NCBI GenBank assembly: GCA_949297305.1
Contig: CASFSG010000019.1
Span: 133 to 64,132, forward strand
DNA: 64,000 nucleotides
Direction of reading: 5' to 3'
DNA from: an uncultured bacterium
GTDB taxonomy: Bacteria; Bacillota_I; Bacilli_A; RFN20; CAG-826
Position numbers and translations under genes: made by a program. This document shows, piece after piece, positions 53,101 to 63,478 of this stretch; positions within the stretch are counted from its first letter, which is position 1; each line of letters opens with the position of its first letter. The notes beneath the pieces are model-generated. The model ran no database searches. It was not told the origin of the DNA and saw only the letters and a list, made by a program, of their open reading frames with translations.

Positions 53101-53747
53101 GCCTAAAGGTTGCTACTCCACCATTCGATGGCATTACCAACGAAGAAATCTTTGATTTAATGGATAAGGCAAAAATCGATCGTGATGGCAAAACCATTCT
53201 TTATGATGGCCGCACCGGCGAACGTTTTGATGAACGTATTTCCGTCGGTGTAATGTATATGATTAAACTCGTCCATATGGTCGATGATAAATTGCACGCT
53301 CGCTCCTTCGGTCCATATTCTTTAGTCACCCAACAACCATTAGGTGGTAAAGCTCAAAATGGTGGTCAAAGATTTGGTGAAATGGAAATGTGGGCGTTAG
53401 AAGCTTATGGAGCTGCGCATACTCTACAAGAAATCGATACGATTAAATCTGATGATCGCGTTGGTAGAAAGAAAACTTATGAAGCAATTCTTAAAGGTGA
53501 GGAAATTCCTGCTCCTGGTATTCCTGAAGCCTTTAAGGTTTTATGTAAAGAACTTATGTCTTTAGGTTTAGATGTTCAATTAATTAATGATAAAGGTGAT
53601 TCAATTGATATGGACTATCTAGCTAAAGAAGCTCAAAGAGAAGAAAAGAAAGCTGATTCTTCAATTCGTAATATGGTCAATGAATCGATGGAAGATAACA
53701 CTTCCGAATTGACCGATGTTGATAATTATGAAGGATATTTAGATTAA
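50112..53747 (+). CDS. rpoB: DNA-directed RNA polymerase subunit beta
   Basis: 1211 aa. [16 protein letters not shown] and [10 protein letters not shown](I)GQ blocks. Acidic C-terminal tail. Confidence 0.98.
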   Translation: MNKYKDYKTLPNDRIDFSKISGSLELPYLVEIQTNSFKWFLEKGIQEVLEEVFPIANYSDTVFIDYLGFELQKPEYTPLQCKERDKNYSSKLRTKLCLRFAEGNDTMKDEVVFMGDIPLMTDSGTFIINGAERVIVSQIVRSPGAYLSKSTDIKSGKNLFYADLIPARGTWLEFESDTKGLLHVRIDRQRKMPATTILKALGLDDKTILKTFGENEMLVSTLAKNADIKTPLDALVDIFKKLKPGEPITNEGVSTFLVQKFFDHKRYDLGVAGRFKYKTKLGIYNRLVGRTLAENLESKDGEILFKKGYTLTKEDVESLRDQEIFENGAHTRRVSVNKSLSEALERISPKGKDLQETRKYIKEEFGGIVNVVNVYTDETKKKVVPVIGTDLNLTVGCVTFSDVLAIFSYFMNIIEGFGETDDIDNLSNRRIRSVGELIQTQFRIGLTKLAKTIQQKMSISDMTQVTIKSLINTRPLATSIREFFASSQLSQFMDQTNPLAELTNKRRISALGPGGISRDRASMDVRDVHPTHYGRICPIETPEGQNIGLINNLATYAKVNQYGFIQTPYRIVRNNIVTDETVYLSVDEETDHYIASANAKQDPVTHELLEDEVICRHNAETIVVNRDLIDYIDVSPKQIISIASACIPFLENDDSTRALMGANMQRQALPLLRPSAPYVGTGMEHKIATDSGLAIIACDDGVVKYVDSQTIVVKEDSGLDRVYQLLKFERSNQGTCINQSAIVKVDDRVKKGDVLADGPSMENGDLALGQNVTIAFMTWEGYNYEDAVIMSERLVKDDTYTSIHIEEYEIECRDTKLGSEEITRDIPNVSEDAKAFLDENGIVIPGAEVHEGDILVGKTTPKGITEQTPEEKLLMAIFAEKSKDGKDSSLRVPHGGSGIVLDVKIFSRQNGDELPAGVNKSIRVYIVQKRKISEGDKMSGRHGNKGVISRILPEEDMPFLADGTPVDIMLNPLGVPSRMNIGQILEIHLGLACKKLGLKVATPPFDGITNEEIFDLMDKAKIDRDGKTILYDGRTGERFDERISVGVMYMIKLVHMVDDKLHARSFGPYSLVTQQPLGGKAQNGGQRFGEMEMWALEAYGAAHTLQEIDTIKSDDRVGRKKTYEAILKGEEIPAPGIPEAFKVLCKELMSLGLDVQLINDKGDSIDMDYLAKEAQREEKKADSSIRNMVNESMEDNTSELTDVDNYEGYLD

Positions 53748-53760
53748 GGAGGTTCGCGAA

Positions 53761-56700
53761 ATGTTTGATGTACGTAATTTAAAAGCTATTCGTGTGGGGC
53801 TTGCCTCACCAGAACGCATCAGAGAGTGGTCGCATGGTGAAGTCATCAATGCTGAAACTCTCGACTATCGTTCACAAAAACCTAAACCTGGTGGTTTATT
53901 TTGTGAAAAGATTTTTGGACCTTCAAAAGACTATCAATGTTATTGTGGTCGCTATAAAAAGATTCGTTATGCTGGCCAAGTTTGCGAACGCTGTGGAGTG
54001 GAAATTACTTCCAAAGATGTCCGTCGCGAAAGAATGGGCCATATTGAACTAGCGAGTCCTTGCACGCATATTTGGTATTTGAAAGGTATTCCCAGCCGCA
54101 TTTCCTTAATTTTAGATATTCCTCCAAAGGCTTTAGAGGAAATCGTCTATTTCGTCGCGCATGTTTGTTTAAATGGTGGCACCTCTACCATTTTAGAACC
54201 AAAACAAGTTTTTGATGAAAAGACTGCTCGTGAAGTTTTTCCGCGTGTCATTGAAGAATTTTGTGATAAATTAGATCCCGAAAGTGCCGATTATGAAATT
54301 GCGCAAGATTTAATTGAAAAGATGGGCAATAGCAATGAAGCTTTCAATTTCTTTGACACGGCCGCCTTTATTTCCAAGCACACTGGTGCAGAATTCGGCG
54401 AAGGCGCTCAAGCAATTAAAGAATTATTAAAGAAAGTAGATTTAGATGAAGAATTTTATGAAATTGAATCGCATTTAGTCGATGCCAAAAAACAAAATCG
54501 TCAAAATTTACTTAAACGTTTACAAGTAATTGAAGCATTTCGCAATTCCCATAATCGTCCAGAATGGATGGTTCTTGATGTTTTACCGGTTATTCCACCG
54601 GATTTGCGTCCGATGCTCCAACTTGATGGTGGTAGATATGCGGCTAGCGATTTAAATGATTTATATCGCCGCGTTATCACCCGCAATATGCGTTTAAAGC
54701 GCTTAATTGATATTAAAGCTCCTAATGTCATTTTAATTAATGAAAAACGTATGTTGCAAGAAGCCGTTGATGCTTTAATTGACAATGGTCGTCGCAATAA
54801 ACCTGTGACTGGCACTGGCGGTCGTCCTCTTAAGTCTTTAAGCGCATCTTTGCAAGGTAAACCCGGTCGCTTTAGACAGAATTTATTAGGCAAGCGTGTC
54901 GATTATAGTGGTCGTTCGGTTATTGCGGTTGGACCAGATTTAAAAATGTATCAATGTGGCTTGCCTCGCGAAATGGCCATTCAACTATTTAGACCATTTA
55001 TCGCTCAAATTTTAATTAAGAGGGGCTTAGCTAATACAAGTAAATTAGCCGACAAATTAATCGATCGTTATGATTCTGTCGTCTATGATGTTATCGAAGA
55101 AATTATCGGCGATCACCCCGTTTTACTTAACCGCGCGCCTACCCTTCACCGATTAGGTATTCAGGCTTTCCAACCAAAATTAGTTGATGGTCGCGCAATT
55201 CGTCTTCACCCATTAGTTTGTACTGGTTTTAATGCTGACTTTGATGGTGACCAAATGGCGGTCCATGTACCTTTAAGTAAAGAGGCGCAATGGGAAGCTC
55301 TCAATTTAATGCTCGCTAGCAATAATATCTTAGGTCCAAAAGATGGTAAACCAATTGTCACTCCATCCCAAGACATGGTCTTAGGAAATTATTATTTAAC
55401 GCTTGAAGAGACTAAGGATGAATTGCTTTCACGCGCGAAAAGAAGAGAAGAAAAAGGTGACTACGAAGAAGCTGAACTATACGAAATTTATGGTAATAGT
55501 GAAGGCAAAGTCTTTAAAGATATTAACGAAGTTATTTTAGCTTATCAAACTAAACAAATTCATCTTCATAATCGCGTCGCAATTAAAGCGAAGAATCTTC
55601 ACAAAACTGGTTTAAGTGAAAGAATGGAAAATGGCTATTTAATTACGACTGTTGGTAAAGCTATCTTCAATTTAATTTTCCCTGCTGATTTCCCCTATTT
55701 AAATCGCGTAAGTGCGGAAAATTTAAAGAATAATATCGAAGAAGATTTCGTTGATCCTGGTACCGATATTCGCGAATATATTGCTAATAAACCAATTCTT
55801 CCACCTTTTAAGAAAGGTGATTTAGGCAAAATTATTGACGAGGTATTCCGTCGTTATGGTACTTCTAAGACAAGTGCTGTTTTAGATAAGATGAAAGATA
55901 ATGGTTTTAGATATTCAACCGTTGCAGGGGTAACTATCTCCATTTCTGATATTAAGGTATTAGAAAACAAGGCGGAAATTATTGCTGAAACCGAAAAAAT
56001 TGTTGAAAAATACCAAGAAAGATATGATCAAGGCCTTTCAACCGAAGAAGAAAGACATAAAGATGTTTGTTCCACTTGGGAAAAGGTTACTAATCAAATT
56101 GAAGATTTAACTTTAAAACAATTTGAACGCAATAAGCGCAACCCTGTCTTTATTATGAAAGATAGTGGTGCACGTGGTAACGCTTCGCAATTTAGACAAT
56201 TAGCTGGTATGCGTGGCTTAATGCGCAACCCGAAAGGTGAGACAATCGAGTTGCCAATTCGTTCTTGCTTGCGCGAAGGTTTAACCGTCAGCGAGTTCTT
56301 TATCGCTACTCACGGTGCTCGTAAAGGTGGAGCAGATACAGCCTTAAAGACAGCTGACTCTGGTTATTTAACTCGTCGTTTAGTCGATGTCGCCCAAGAT
56401 GTTATTGTGCGCGAAGAGGATTGCCATACTGATCATGGTTTTGTTGTTAAAGATATCATTGGCGCGAATAATAAAGTTATCGTCAAATTAAAAGAACGTT
56501 TAATTGGTCGATATTCTCTTCGCCCAATTGTTGATCCTAAGACCAAAGAGGTCATCGTAGAAGGCAATACCTTAATAAGCGAAAAAGACGCTCAAAAAGT
56601 CATTGATGCTGGCATTAAAGAAGTTGAAATCCGCTCCTTATTTGCCTGTCAAACTCGCGATGGTGTCTGTAAACATTGCTATGGATTAAATTTAGCAACC

Positions 56701-57612
56701 GGCAAAGTAGTAGAAGTTGGTGAGGCAGTTGGCATTATGGCTGCTCAATCGATTGGTGAACCAGGTACACAATTAACAATGCGTACTTTCCATACTGGTG
56801 GTGTTGCTGGTGGTGGCGATATTACGCAAGGTTTGCCGCGTGTTGCTGAACTTGTTGAAGCTCGTTCTCCAAAAGGTAAAGCGATTATTGCTGAATTTAG
56901 TGGTAAAGTTACTAATGTCACCGAAGAAAATGGTATTTATAGCGTCACAATTGAAAATAGCTTAGAAAAGAAAGTTTATGAAACTAATTATGGTGCTTAT
57001 GTCTTAGTGAAAAAAGGCGATAAAGTAGAAAACGGCGATAAGATTACTGAAGGTGCTATTTCGCCTAAAGAACTTTTGGCTTATGGTGATGAAAATAAAG
57101 TTCAAAATTATATGCTCCAAGAAATTCAAAAAGTTTATCGCGATCAAGAAATTTCTATTTCTGATAAGCACATTGAAGTTATTGTGCGTCAAATGCTTAA
57201 GAAGATTGTTGTTGTCGATGGCGGTGATACCGAGCTTGTTCCTGGTGCCTTTGTTGATTATGATGACTTCACATCAATTAATCAACCTGTCTTGCTTGAA
57301 GGCAAGCGTCCAGCTGTTGGTCATCAATTAATTTTAGGTATTACGAAAGCAGCTTTAGGTACTAAATCGTTCTTATCAGCTGCCTCCTTCCAAGAGACGA
57401 CTCGCGTCTTAACGGATGCTTCTATTAAAGGCAAAGTTGATATTCTTCATGGCTTAAAGGAAAATGTCATCACTGGTAAACTTATTCCAGCTGGCACGGG
57501 GTTATGGAACGAGGATACCTATCATGACCATCTCGACGATTTTACTGTTGCCAAAAAGATGGAAGAAGTCCGTGGACAATATATTGAAAGTCACGATCGA
57601 CAAGAAGATTAA
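53761..57612 (+). CDS. rpoC: DNA-directed RNA polymerase subunit beta'
   Basis: 1283 aa. Zn-finger CYCGRYKK...CERCGVE and catalytic [12 protein letters not shown]. Confidence 0.98.
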   Translation: MFDVRNLKAIRVGLASPERIREWSHGEVINAETLDYRSQKPKPGGLFCEKIFGPSKDYQCYCGRYKKIRYAGQVCERCGVEITSKDVRRERMGHIELASPCTHIWYLKGIPSRISLILDIPPKALEEIVYFVAHVCLNGGTSTILEPKQVFDEKTAREVFPRVIEEFCDKLDPESADYEIAQDLIEKMGNSNEAFNFFDTAAFISKHTGAEFGEGAQAIKELLKKVDLDEEFYEIESHLVDAKKQNRQNLLKRLQVIEAFRNSHNRPEWMVLDVLPVIPPDLRPMLQLDGGRYAASDLNDLYRRVITRNMRLKRLIDIKAPNVILINEKRMLQEAVDALIDNGRRNKPVTGTGGRPLKSLSASLQGKPGRFRQNLLGKRVDYSGRSVIAVGPDLKMYQCGLPREMAIQLFRPFIAQILIKRGLANTSKLADKLIDRYDSVVYDVIEEIIGDHPVLLNRAPTLHRLGIQAFQPKLVDGRAIRLHPLVCTGFNADFDGDQMAVHVPLSKEAQWEALNLMLASNNILGPKDGKPIVTPSQDMVLGNYYLTLEETKDELLSRAKRREEKGDYEEAELYEIYGNSEGKVFKDINEVILAYQTKQIHLHNRVAIKAKNLHKTGLSERMENGYLITTVGKAIFNLIFPADFPYLNRVSAENLKNNIEEDFVDPGTDIREYIANKPILPPFKKGDLGKIIDEVFRRYGTSKTSAVLDKMKDNGFRYSTVAGVTISISDIKVLENKAEIIAETEKIVEKYQERYDQGLSTEEERHKDVCSTWEKVTNQIEDLTLKQFERNKRNPVFIMKDSGARGNASQFRQLAGMRGLMRNPKGETIELPIRSCLREGLTVSEFFIATHGARKGGADTALKTADSGYLTRRLVDVAQDVIVREEDCHTDHGFVVKDIIGANNKVIVKLKERLIGRYSLRPIVDPKTKEVIVEGNTLISEKDAQKVIDAGIKEVEIRSLFACQTRDGVCKHCYGLNLATGKVVEVGEAVGIMAAQSIGEPGTQLTMRTFHTGGVAGGGDITQGLPRVAELVEARSPKGKAIIAEFSGKVTNVTEENGIYSVTIENSLEKKVYETNYGAYVLVKKGDKVENGDKITEGAISPKELLAYGDENKVQNYMLQEIQKVYRDQEISISDKHIEVIVRQMLKKIVVVDGGDTELVPGAFVDYDDFTSINQPVLLEGKRPAVGHQLILGITKAALGTKSFLSAASFQETTRVLTDASIKGKVDILHGLKENVITGKLIPAGTGLWNEDTYHDHLDDFTVAKKMEEVRGQYIESHDRQED

Positions 57613-57636
57613 TTTAATTTATTAATTTTAATAAAA

Positions 57637-57665
57637 CAAAAGGGCTTTTGCGGCCCTTTTGTTGC
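57637..57665 (+). terminator. rho-independent terminator after rpoC
   Basis: CAAAAGGGC-TTTTGCG-GCCCTTTTG hairpin with trailing T-rich sequence. Confidence 0.8.
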
Positions 57666-57746
57666 ATAAAGTGGATATTTTGCTTTGAATTATTATTTTT
57701 TAAAAAAGTTAAACGACAAAAAATGTCTAATGAAATTATAAAAACT

Positions 57747-57775
57747 TTGACAAGAAAATTAATAAGCGATATACT
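57747..57775 (+). promoter_or_regulatory. near-consensus sigma-A promoter of the M6-like lipoprotein gene
   Basis: TTGACA (57747-57752), 17-nt spacer, TATACT (57770-57775). Confidence 0.6.
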
Positions 57776-57833
57776 CTTGCTACTTGCTAAAGCAAGTTGC
57801 AATTATTTAATTTAGAAAGGAAAGAAAATAGAT

Positions 57834-59459
57834 ATGAAGAAAACGAAATTATTATCTATCTTAACAATGCTTCCCTTAGTGGCAATTTTAAGTGCCTGTA
57901 ATAGTGGAGAATATTTCCAATATGAAAAAGAAGACATCACGAATTCGCAAGTTAATCGCGATGGTTATGGCGTGGGAAATTATTGCCCCTCACATGGCGA
58001 AGCACGCGTTTTAGTTATTCCGATTAAATTTACTGATTTTGAAATTGAAGCTACATATGGTAAAAGTGAAGAAGAAGCACGCTTAGATATGCAAGATGCT
58101 TTTTTTGGCGACTCTAGTGATACCATTTGGCACTCTCTAAAATCTTATTATGAAGAGACTAGTTATGGGAAATTGTCTTTTAGTGGCTACGTTATGCCAT
58201 GGCAATATGGCTTTAGCGATTTTGAAAGACAAACACCATTAAATGCCTTTACATTTGCGACCACAACTCAACCACTCGCTTATGCAACGATGGTCTTATC
58301 TAACATCAAAACGAGCTTTAGTTACTATAAAAATTTATTTGTCGATGAAAGTGGTAATCCATTATATCAAACTGCTGATGAATTTTTACAAGACTTTGAT
58401 AGCGATGGTGATGGTTCGATTGACTATTTATCAATGGTTTATTCTGCTCCTATTAATTATGGTGAAGATATGGGAGTTGAGGATGGCTATTATTGGGCGT
58501 ATTGTGGTGGCACCAGCACAACTGGTAATAAGAGACAACCTGATATTGGCAAATGGGCTTTCTTTGCTTATCAAACTTTCTTCGAAGAAGGCTATTATGA
58601 CGAAAATGGCAATCACAAAAATTGGACGGCTGAACAAATCGCTAGTGGCGAAGCTAAGGTCGATTGTCACACTTTAATCCATGAAACAGGTCACGCCTTA
58701 TCACTTTGGGATTATTATGATACTTCTTATTCTAACATCTCACCTTTAGGCAGAGTTGATATGATGGATAATAATGTTGGTGATCATAACGCCTATTCAA
58801 AAGCAATTTTAGGCTGGATTAAGCCTTATATGGTTAATGGCTCAGTCGAAATTAAGATTCGTCCATTCGCAAGTTCTGGCGATGCAATTTTTATTCCCTA
58901 TAATGGTTATTATGATAGCGATGAAGAAAATAAGAACACTTATTTTTCTGAATACATCGTTTTAGAGTATTATACTCCAACTGGTTTAAATGAACGCGAT
59001 AGTCAATTTGCGTTGCGCGGCGCTTATCCTACCTGTCCAAGTGAAAGTGGTATCAAGATTTTACATGTTGATTCGCGATTAGGTGTTTATAGTTATAATG
59101 GACAAACCGGCGTGCAAACATTCACCGGTTATACTAACCGCATTATTCGTTCAACCACATCTAGTGGTTCAACCTTTACAAAGATTGCGACTTCTAATAC
59201 TAAAACAGAAACTGTTGAGCCTGATGAATATCTCATTTCACTATTACCTCAAGGTGGTCGTAGCAGCGCTTCTGTTTTATTTAATAACGCCTCTTTATTT
59301 AAACAAGGTGATAGTTTCAATGGCGAAGGTTCTAACTATCAGTCATACCTTTTCCATACGCGAAATAATAACGATGAAAAAGTAGCTTTTGGTTATACGA
59401 TTAATATTGTTTCTATTACTAGTGAAGAAGCGACAATTCAAATTAACGCAATCGCTTAA
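57834..59459 (+). CDS. lipoprotein, M6 (immune inhibitor A-like) metalloprotease domain
   Basis: Lipobox ILSAC. N-terminal RVLVIPIKFTDF...YYEETSYGKLSFSGYV block. Zinc site HETGHALSLWD (HExxHxxSxxD, compare M6 HEFGHDLGLPD). Confidence 0.7.
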   Translation: MKKTKLLSILTMLPLVAILSACNSGEYFQYEKEDITNSQVNRDGYGVGNYCPSHGEARVLVIPIKFTDFEIEATYGKSEEEARLDMQDAFFGDSSDTIWHSLKSYYEETSYGKLSFSGYVMPWQYGFSDFERQTPLNAFTFATTTQPLAYATMVLSNIKTSFSYYKNLFVDESGNPLYQTADEFLQDFDSDGDGSIDYLSMVYSAPINYGEDMGVEDGYYWAYCGGTSTTGNKRQPDIGKWAFFAYQTFFEEGYYDENGNHKNWTAEQIASGEAKVDCHTLIHETGHALSLWDYYDTSYSNISPLGRVDMMDNNVGDHNAYSKAILGWIKPYMVNGSVEIKIRPFASSGDAIFIPYNGYYDSDEENKNTYFSEYIVLEYYTPTGLNERDSQFALRGAYPTCPSESGIKILHVDSRLGVYSYNGQTGVQTFTGYTNRIIRSTTSSGSTFTKIATSNTKTETVEPDEYLISLLPQGGRSSASVLFNNASLFKQGDSFNGEGSNYQSYLFHTRNNNDEKVAFGYTINIVSITSEEATIQINAIA

Positions 59460-59471
59460 TTAATTTTAATA

Positions 59472-59498
59472 AAAAGAAGGATTAGTCCTTCTTTTTTT
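59472..59498 (+). terminator. rho-independent terminator
   Basis: AAGAAGGA-TTAGT-CCTTCTT hairpin followed by TTTTT. Confidence 0.75.
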
Positions 59499-59517
59499 AT
59501 GGAAAGAAAGGAAAAAA

Positions 59518-60669
59518 ATGAAAAAAATCTTAACATTTATTTTGCCGGCTTTAGCTCTAACTTTAACTTCTTGTCCTGGTCCTACTTCTAGCGATGTTAG
59601 TAGCGTCAATTCTTCCACCTCTATTAGCAGTGAGCCTACTAAAGATTGGACGGAAGAAGAAAGGGATTTATTTAGCACGCATTTAGGCGGCTTTGTTCCG
59701 ACATATTATGAAGTTCCCGGTGCAGAAGTCAATTATCATCAAGACTACAATTGTGTCTCTTATGAGACGACTAGCCGAACTGTTTCTAGTGGATATATTG
59801 ATGAATTTCGTAAATCTTTAATTATTGATGGTTTTACGGTTACTTCTCAAGATGCGAATTATTTATATTACACCCTAACGAGTTATGTTAATGCTTTAAC
59901 CTCGATTGAGGTGAATGTTTATGGCGTTAACCAAACTGGTAATTTAGTTAGTAGTGGTTTATGTTATTTTGTCGCTGATTTTTATTATATTCACTATGAT
60001 AGATTTGAAAATGATCGCGTAAATTATTACGCCGACTTCTTATCTTTAGGGGAAATTACTTCCTTACCAACTCCTAGTCATGCTTATGATGAATATGGAT
60101 ACTTTGATTATATATTTAATATGAACACCTTTGTCATTGGCTTAGGATATGGTTATGATGGCAGTAAAGAATATAACGATTCTTTATCAGCTTTAGGTTG
60201 GGAAACATCTTCCTCGACCGAAGATAACATAACGACATATCTCGCTATTAGTCCTAAAGAGTACCTCCATATTTTCACATATTATGAAAACGAAGTGACA
60301 TATATCATTATGCAACCAATGACTATTGTTGGTGCAACTTGGCCTAGTGAAACCTTAAATCTCGCTTTGACTTTCTTTGAGTTTGATGTTACTAGTGAAG
60401 ATATTCCGCAGGGGAGTGGCGATGATTTCACTTTATTTTATTCTTTATACCCTTATATGGGCGCACTTGTCATTCAAATTAGCGCTACCGATGAAACAGT
60501 TGTCACTAATTATACTGCATCATTATTAGAAAATAATTTTATCTATAGTGACGAGTTAGGTATGTATGTTAATGATTCGTTAACTTTCGGAATTGGTGTT
60601 GATGATTTAATCGCTAGCGATGGTGCTTATGTCATTTATTTGTTCAATTTAAGCGCTTTGTTGGGTTAA
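59518..60669 (+). CDS. lipoprotein, unknown function (repeated helix-strand modules)
   Basis: Lipobox LTLTSC, Ser-rich linker, then three modules each containing a Y/F-x3-L-x3-G-W/F-like helix followed by Y/T/I-rich strands. Confidence 0.6.
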   Translation: MKKILTFILPALALTLTSCPGPTSSDVSSVNSSTSISSEPTKDWTEEERDLFSTHLGGFVPTYYEVPGAEVNYHQDYNCVSYETTSRTVSSGYIDEFRKSLIIDGFTVTSQDANYLYYTLTSYVNALTSIEVNVYGVNQTGNLVSSGLCYFVADFYYIHYDRFENDRVNYYADFLSLGEITSLPTPSHAYDEYGYFDYIFNMNTFVIGLGYGYDGSKEYNDSLSALGWETSSSTEDNITTYLAISPKEYLHIFTYYENEVTYIIMQPMTIVGATWPSETLNLALTFFEFDVTSEDIPQGSGDDFTLFYSLYPYMGALVIQISATDETVVTNYTASLLENNFIYSDELGMYVNDSLTFGIGVDDLIASDGAYVIYLFNLSALLG

Positions 60670-60692
60670 TCATTATTTAAATCTGTTGTTTT

Positions 60693-60727
60693 AAAAGGAT
60701 TGTTCTTAAAGACGATCCTTTTTCTTT
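60693..60727 (+). terminator. rho-independent terminator
   Basis: AAAGGAT...ATCCTTT stem followed by TTTCTTT. Confidence 0.55.
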
Positions 60728-61072
60728 ATCAATAAGTCTCATCGCTATATTTAACAGTTTTTACAATATAAACATGTCGCGTTTATAGCGATATCTAAGA
60801 ATACATTAGTTTAAGATAAACTAGTTATACGCGTTGATATTAATTAATAAATTTAAATATTATCAATATCGATGTATCAAAATTATTTTAACGCTTTTTC
60901 TTAATATGCTTTTATAATAATTTTGTTATTTTGCTGTATATTCCTTGCAAAAACTAAATATTTTATTTGTTTTTGCTTGTATTAAATAAAATACTGTTGT
61001 TTTTTATGACCCAGTTTTATTTAACAGAATTCCGCTTTTGTTTATATGACTTTTATATGATTTTTTAGCATA

Positions 61073-61100
61073 AAAAAGGGTCAACATCGTGACCCTTTTC
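61073..61100 (-). terminator. rho-independent terminator of the minus-strand lipoprotein gene
   Basis: Minus-strand read GAAAAGGGTCA-CGATGT-TGACCCTTTTTT, 25 nt past the stop at 61126. Confidence 0.8.
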
Positions 61101-61125
61101 AGTTAGCAATTGTTGATTATTACTT

Positions 61126-63339
61126 TTATTCTACGGGAGTTTCTTCGCTAGGAGTCTCGGTGGAACTAGGAGTGTCATATCCACTTAAGATAATAGCAAT
61201 ATCAATTGTATCTCCACCAAAAAATAGATAAGTGATAGTGATTGTATATGTTCTATCACCAACGACTTTGCTATAAACATATTCGCTAATATCTTTATAA
61301 TTTGGATCAGTGTTAACTTTAAGTGACCAGCCTTGTTCCTTCAAGAAAGATTCGAATTTACTATTTGCTTCATCAACACCAGCAGCGATGTTAGAAATAT
61401 AGGTATCGGTTTCACCAATTTGAATGAAATGTTGGCATGTTTCCCAGTTATCACTAGAGACTATTCCCCAGTTAAGGAAGCCTGTTGCAGGCATTAAGAG
61501 CGGGAAGTTTGCTAATTCTTCGTGAGAAAGATCTGGGGTATAACCTGTTCCCTCATAGTTTCTAAACATCTCTTGATATGTAAAGCCGACATTCGTGACT
61601 GATAATTCAACTGCGTCTAAATAAAGCGTTAAAGTAATTCTTAAACCGAATGTAGCATTTTCATAAATATAGATGCCGGTTTCTTCACTATTTATTTCTT
61701 CCCAACCCGCCTGTATTAAAAGTTCAACATAATCTTGATAGAAGGTCTGCAAATCACTTTCATTATCGATTAAGGCATAAATTGTAAAAGCGCCATTATT
61801 AATCGTGAGAGTATCTTCGCCCCAAGAGTTGAGTGGATCAAAATAGAATGGAACATTTTCTAAGACTGCATTTTCGTTGTTAGCATTACCAACAGTGCTC
61901 AATAATTCATTGATAGTCGCGTAACTATCATAGAATAATTCTTCCCAATTAGTAGGTTCTTGATATTCGCTATTGGCTGTAAAGGGATAAACAGTCGTGT
62001 CAATATTGGTTAGGGTAATAGATGCGTTAGCAATATACACACTCATATATTCAAAATAGAAAGTTATAATGACATTTTTCTCATCGCAAGAAATCGTTGG
62101 TCGAACATCCCTAACTGAACCATTCTCTAATTCAACTTCACCGTTTAAAATGGTGTCAGGATCAGCGAAGAGCGCAACTGGAATTAAATCGCTTAAGAAA
62201 GAAACAGGATTATAAGCAGAATTTAATTTGAAGACAGTTGTTTGAGTTTCTTCGTCGGTTTCAACATCAAAGAAGGCAGCTGAAACAGTGAAATTAGGGG
62301 TTTGATCATCAAAATAATCATCGAGAGGATCGCCAGTTAAATTTGGAGTAGAGGTAGTGACCGTTACACCATCCTCTTCTACGCCTTTAAAGCGAACGAA
62401 TTCTGTTTCACTTACGCGATACGTTCCTCTTTGTGAAGCAATAGCACCAGCTTGATAAAGTTGTTCCACAACGCCTTTTTCTTTGTCGACTAAAATATTT
62501 ACACCCGATCGTGTGCTATCACCATACGCAATGGTGTAATTTGTGGCATCGTGTAAGGTGGTAATCATTTCCGTTAAGGATTCTTTGCCTTCACCCATTG
62601 GAAGAGTTTGAACGCGTTCAATGGTTGAGATTACTTTATTACCATCAACAAATCGTCCTTCTAAGGTAGAAGTAACTTCGCCATCATTTAAAGTAGCAGC
62701 CATCGCGACTGGATTTAATTGTTCATCAAAAACAATGTTGACACGGGTGGGGGTAAAAACTGGCAAGAAGATTAAACTTGCGGCTTCAAAGCCATCGAGT
62801 GTGAGCATTAAAACAATTTCTAAGGTTTTAGTGTCGCTATGCCAAATCGATGAATTGTCATTAATACCACTAAATGGTGCGTAGATAATATCATCAAATA
62901 GCAAGGGATCATTACTGCCAGTTGAAGAATAACGCGAATATTGAATAGTGTTATCAATACCTAAGAATTCGCTCGCTAAATAACCGGTTTCTGGTTCTTT
63001 AACAAATAATTGTTCATCATAGAGTGTTTCACTTTCATTACCGACTTGATAAACCGCGGTATAACCCAATTCCTCGCCTATAACTCCGATGGTATGATAG
63101 ACTTGATTTGTGCCATTAGTCAATGTAACATTAGCATCAATCGCAGGATTATTAATTGCTTGCAAATTGCTGATAGCCTGAGCTTTTTCTATATCGACTG
63201 GATCAACTGGGGTAGTGCTAGAAGAATCTTGACTTACACTATCACCACCAGAAGAAGTAGTGTCTACGCTCTCACCTTCTGGACAAGCTGTTAACATCAA
63301 TGCTAGAGCAGGTAACAAGACTAAGATTTTCTTGTTCAT
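61126..63339 (-). CDS. large surface lipoprotein (737 aa), unknown function
   Basis: Lipobox LMLTAC, S/T/D-rich linker, AGGAGG RBS (complement of about 63349-63354). The C-terminal half carries modules similar to those of 59518-60669. C-terminal S/T/P/E tail. Confidence 0.65.
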   Translation of the reverse strand: MNKKILVLLPALALMLTACPEGESVDTTSSGGDSVSQDSSSTTPVDPVDIEKAQAISNLQAINNPAIDANVTLTNGTNQVYHTIGVIGEELGYTAVYQVGNESETLYDEQLFVKEPETGYLASEFLGIDNTIQYSRYSSTGSNDPLLFDDIIYAPFSGINDNSSIWHSDTKTLEIVLMLTLDGFEAASLIFLPVFTPTRVNIVFDEQLNPVAMAATLNDGEVTSTLEGRFVDGNKVISTIERVQTLPMGEGKESLTEMITTLHDATNYTIAYGDSTRSGVNILVDKEKGVVEQLYQAGAIASQRGTYRVSETEFVRFKGVEEDGVTVTTSTPNLTGDPLDDYFDDQTPNFTVSAAFFDVETDEETQTTVFKLNSAYNPVSFLSDLIPVALFADPDTILNGEVELENGSVRDVRPTISCDEKNVIITFYFEYMSVYIANASITLTNIDTTVYPFTANSEYQEPTNWEELFYDSYATINELLSTVGNANNENAVLENVPFYFDPLNSWGEDTLTINNGAFTIYALIDNESDLQTFYQDYVELLIQAGWEEINSEETGIYIYENATFGLRITLTLYLDAVELSVTNVGFTYQEMFRNYEGTGYTPDLSHEELANFPLLMPATGFLNWGIVSSDNWETCQHFIQIGETDTYISNIAAGVDEANSKFESFLKEQGWSLKVNTDPNYKDISEYVYSKVVGDRTYTITITYLFFGGDTIDIAIILSGYDTPSSTETPSEETPVE

Positions 63340-63478
63340 TTTTATTTTCCTCCTTTTCTTTTAGAAAATATATTAGAGATTAAAGCGGTTTTTCACTAAT
63401 AAATCAAGAAAAAAATTATTTCATTCTTTAAATTTTATCTTTGATAGTCAAAATAGGGTAATATAGATATGTTAAGAA

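Noticed and set aside
54501-54893. 130-aa minus-strand ORF inside rpoC, and similar ORFs at 52883-53197, 53792-54052 and 57053-57331
   Set aside because: All lie within or antisense to rpoB/rpoC, which are unambiguous. None has independent support.
58243-58677. 144-aa +ORF out of frame within the M6-like lipoprotein gene, and the ORF at 59083-59385
   Set aside because: They are alternative frames of a gene with clear signal peptide, lipobox and zinc motif, and nothing independent supports them. They are probably frame artefacts, though I could not verify the cause.
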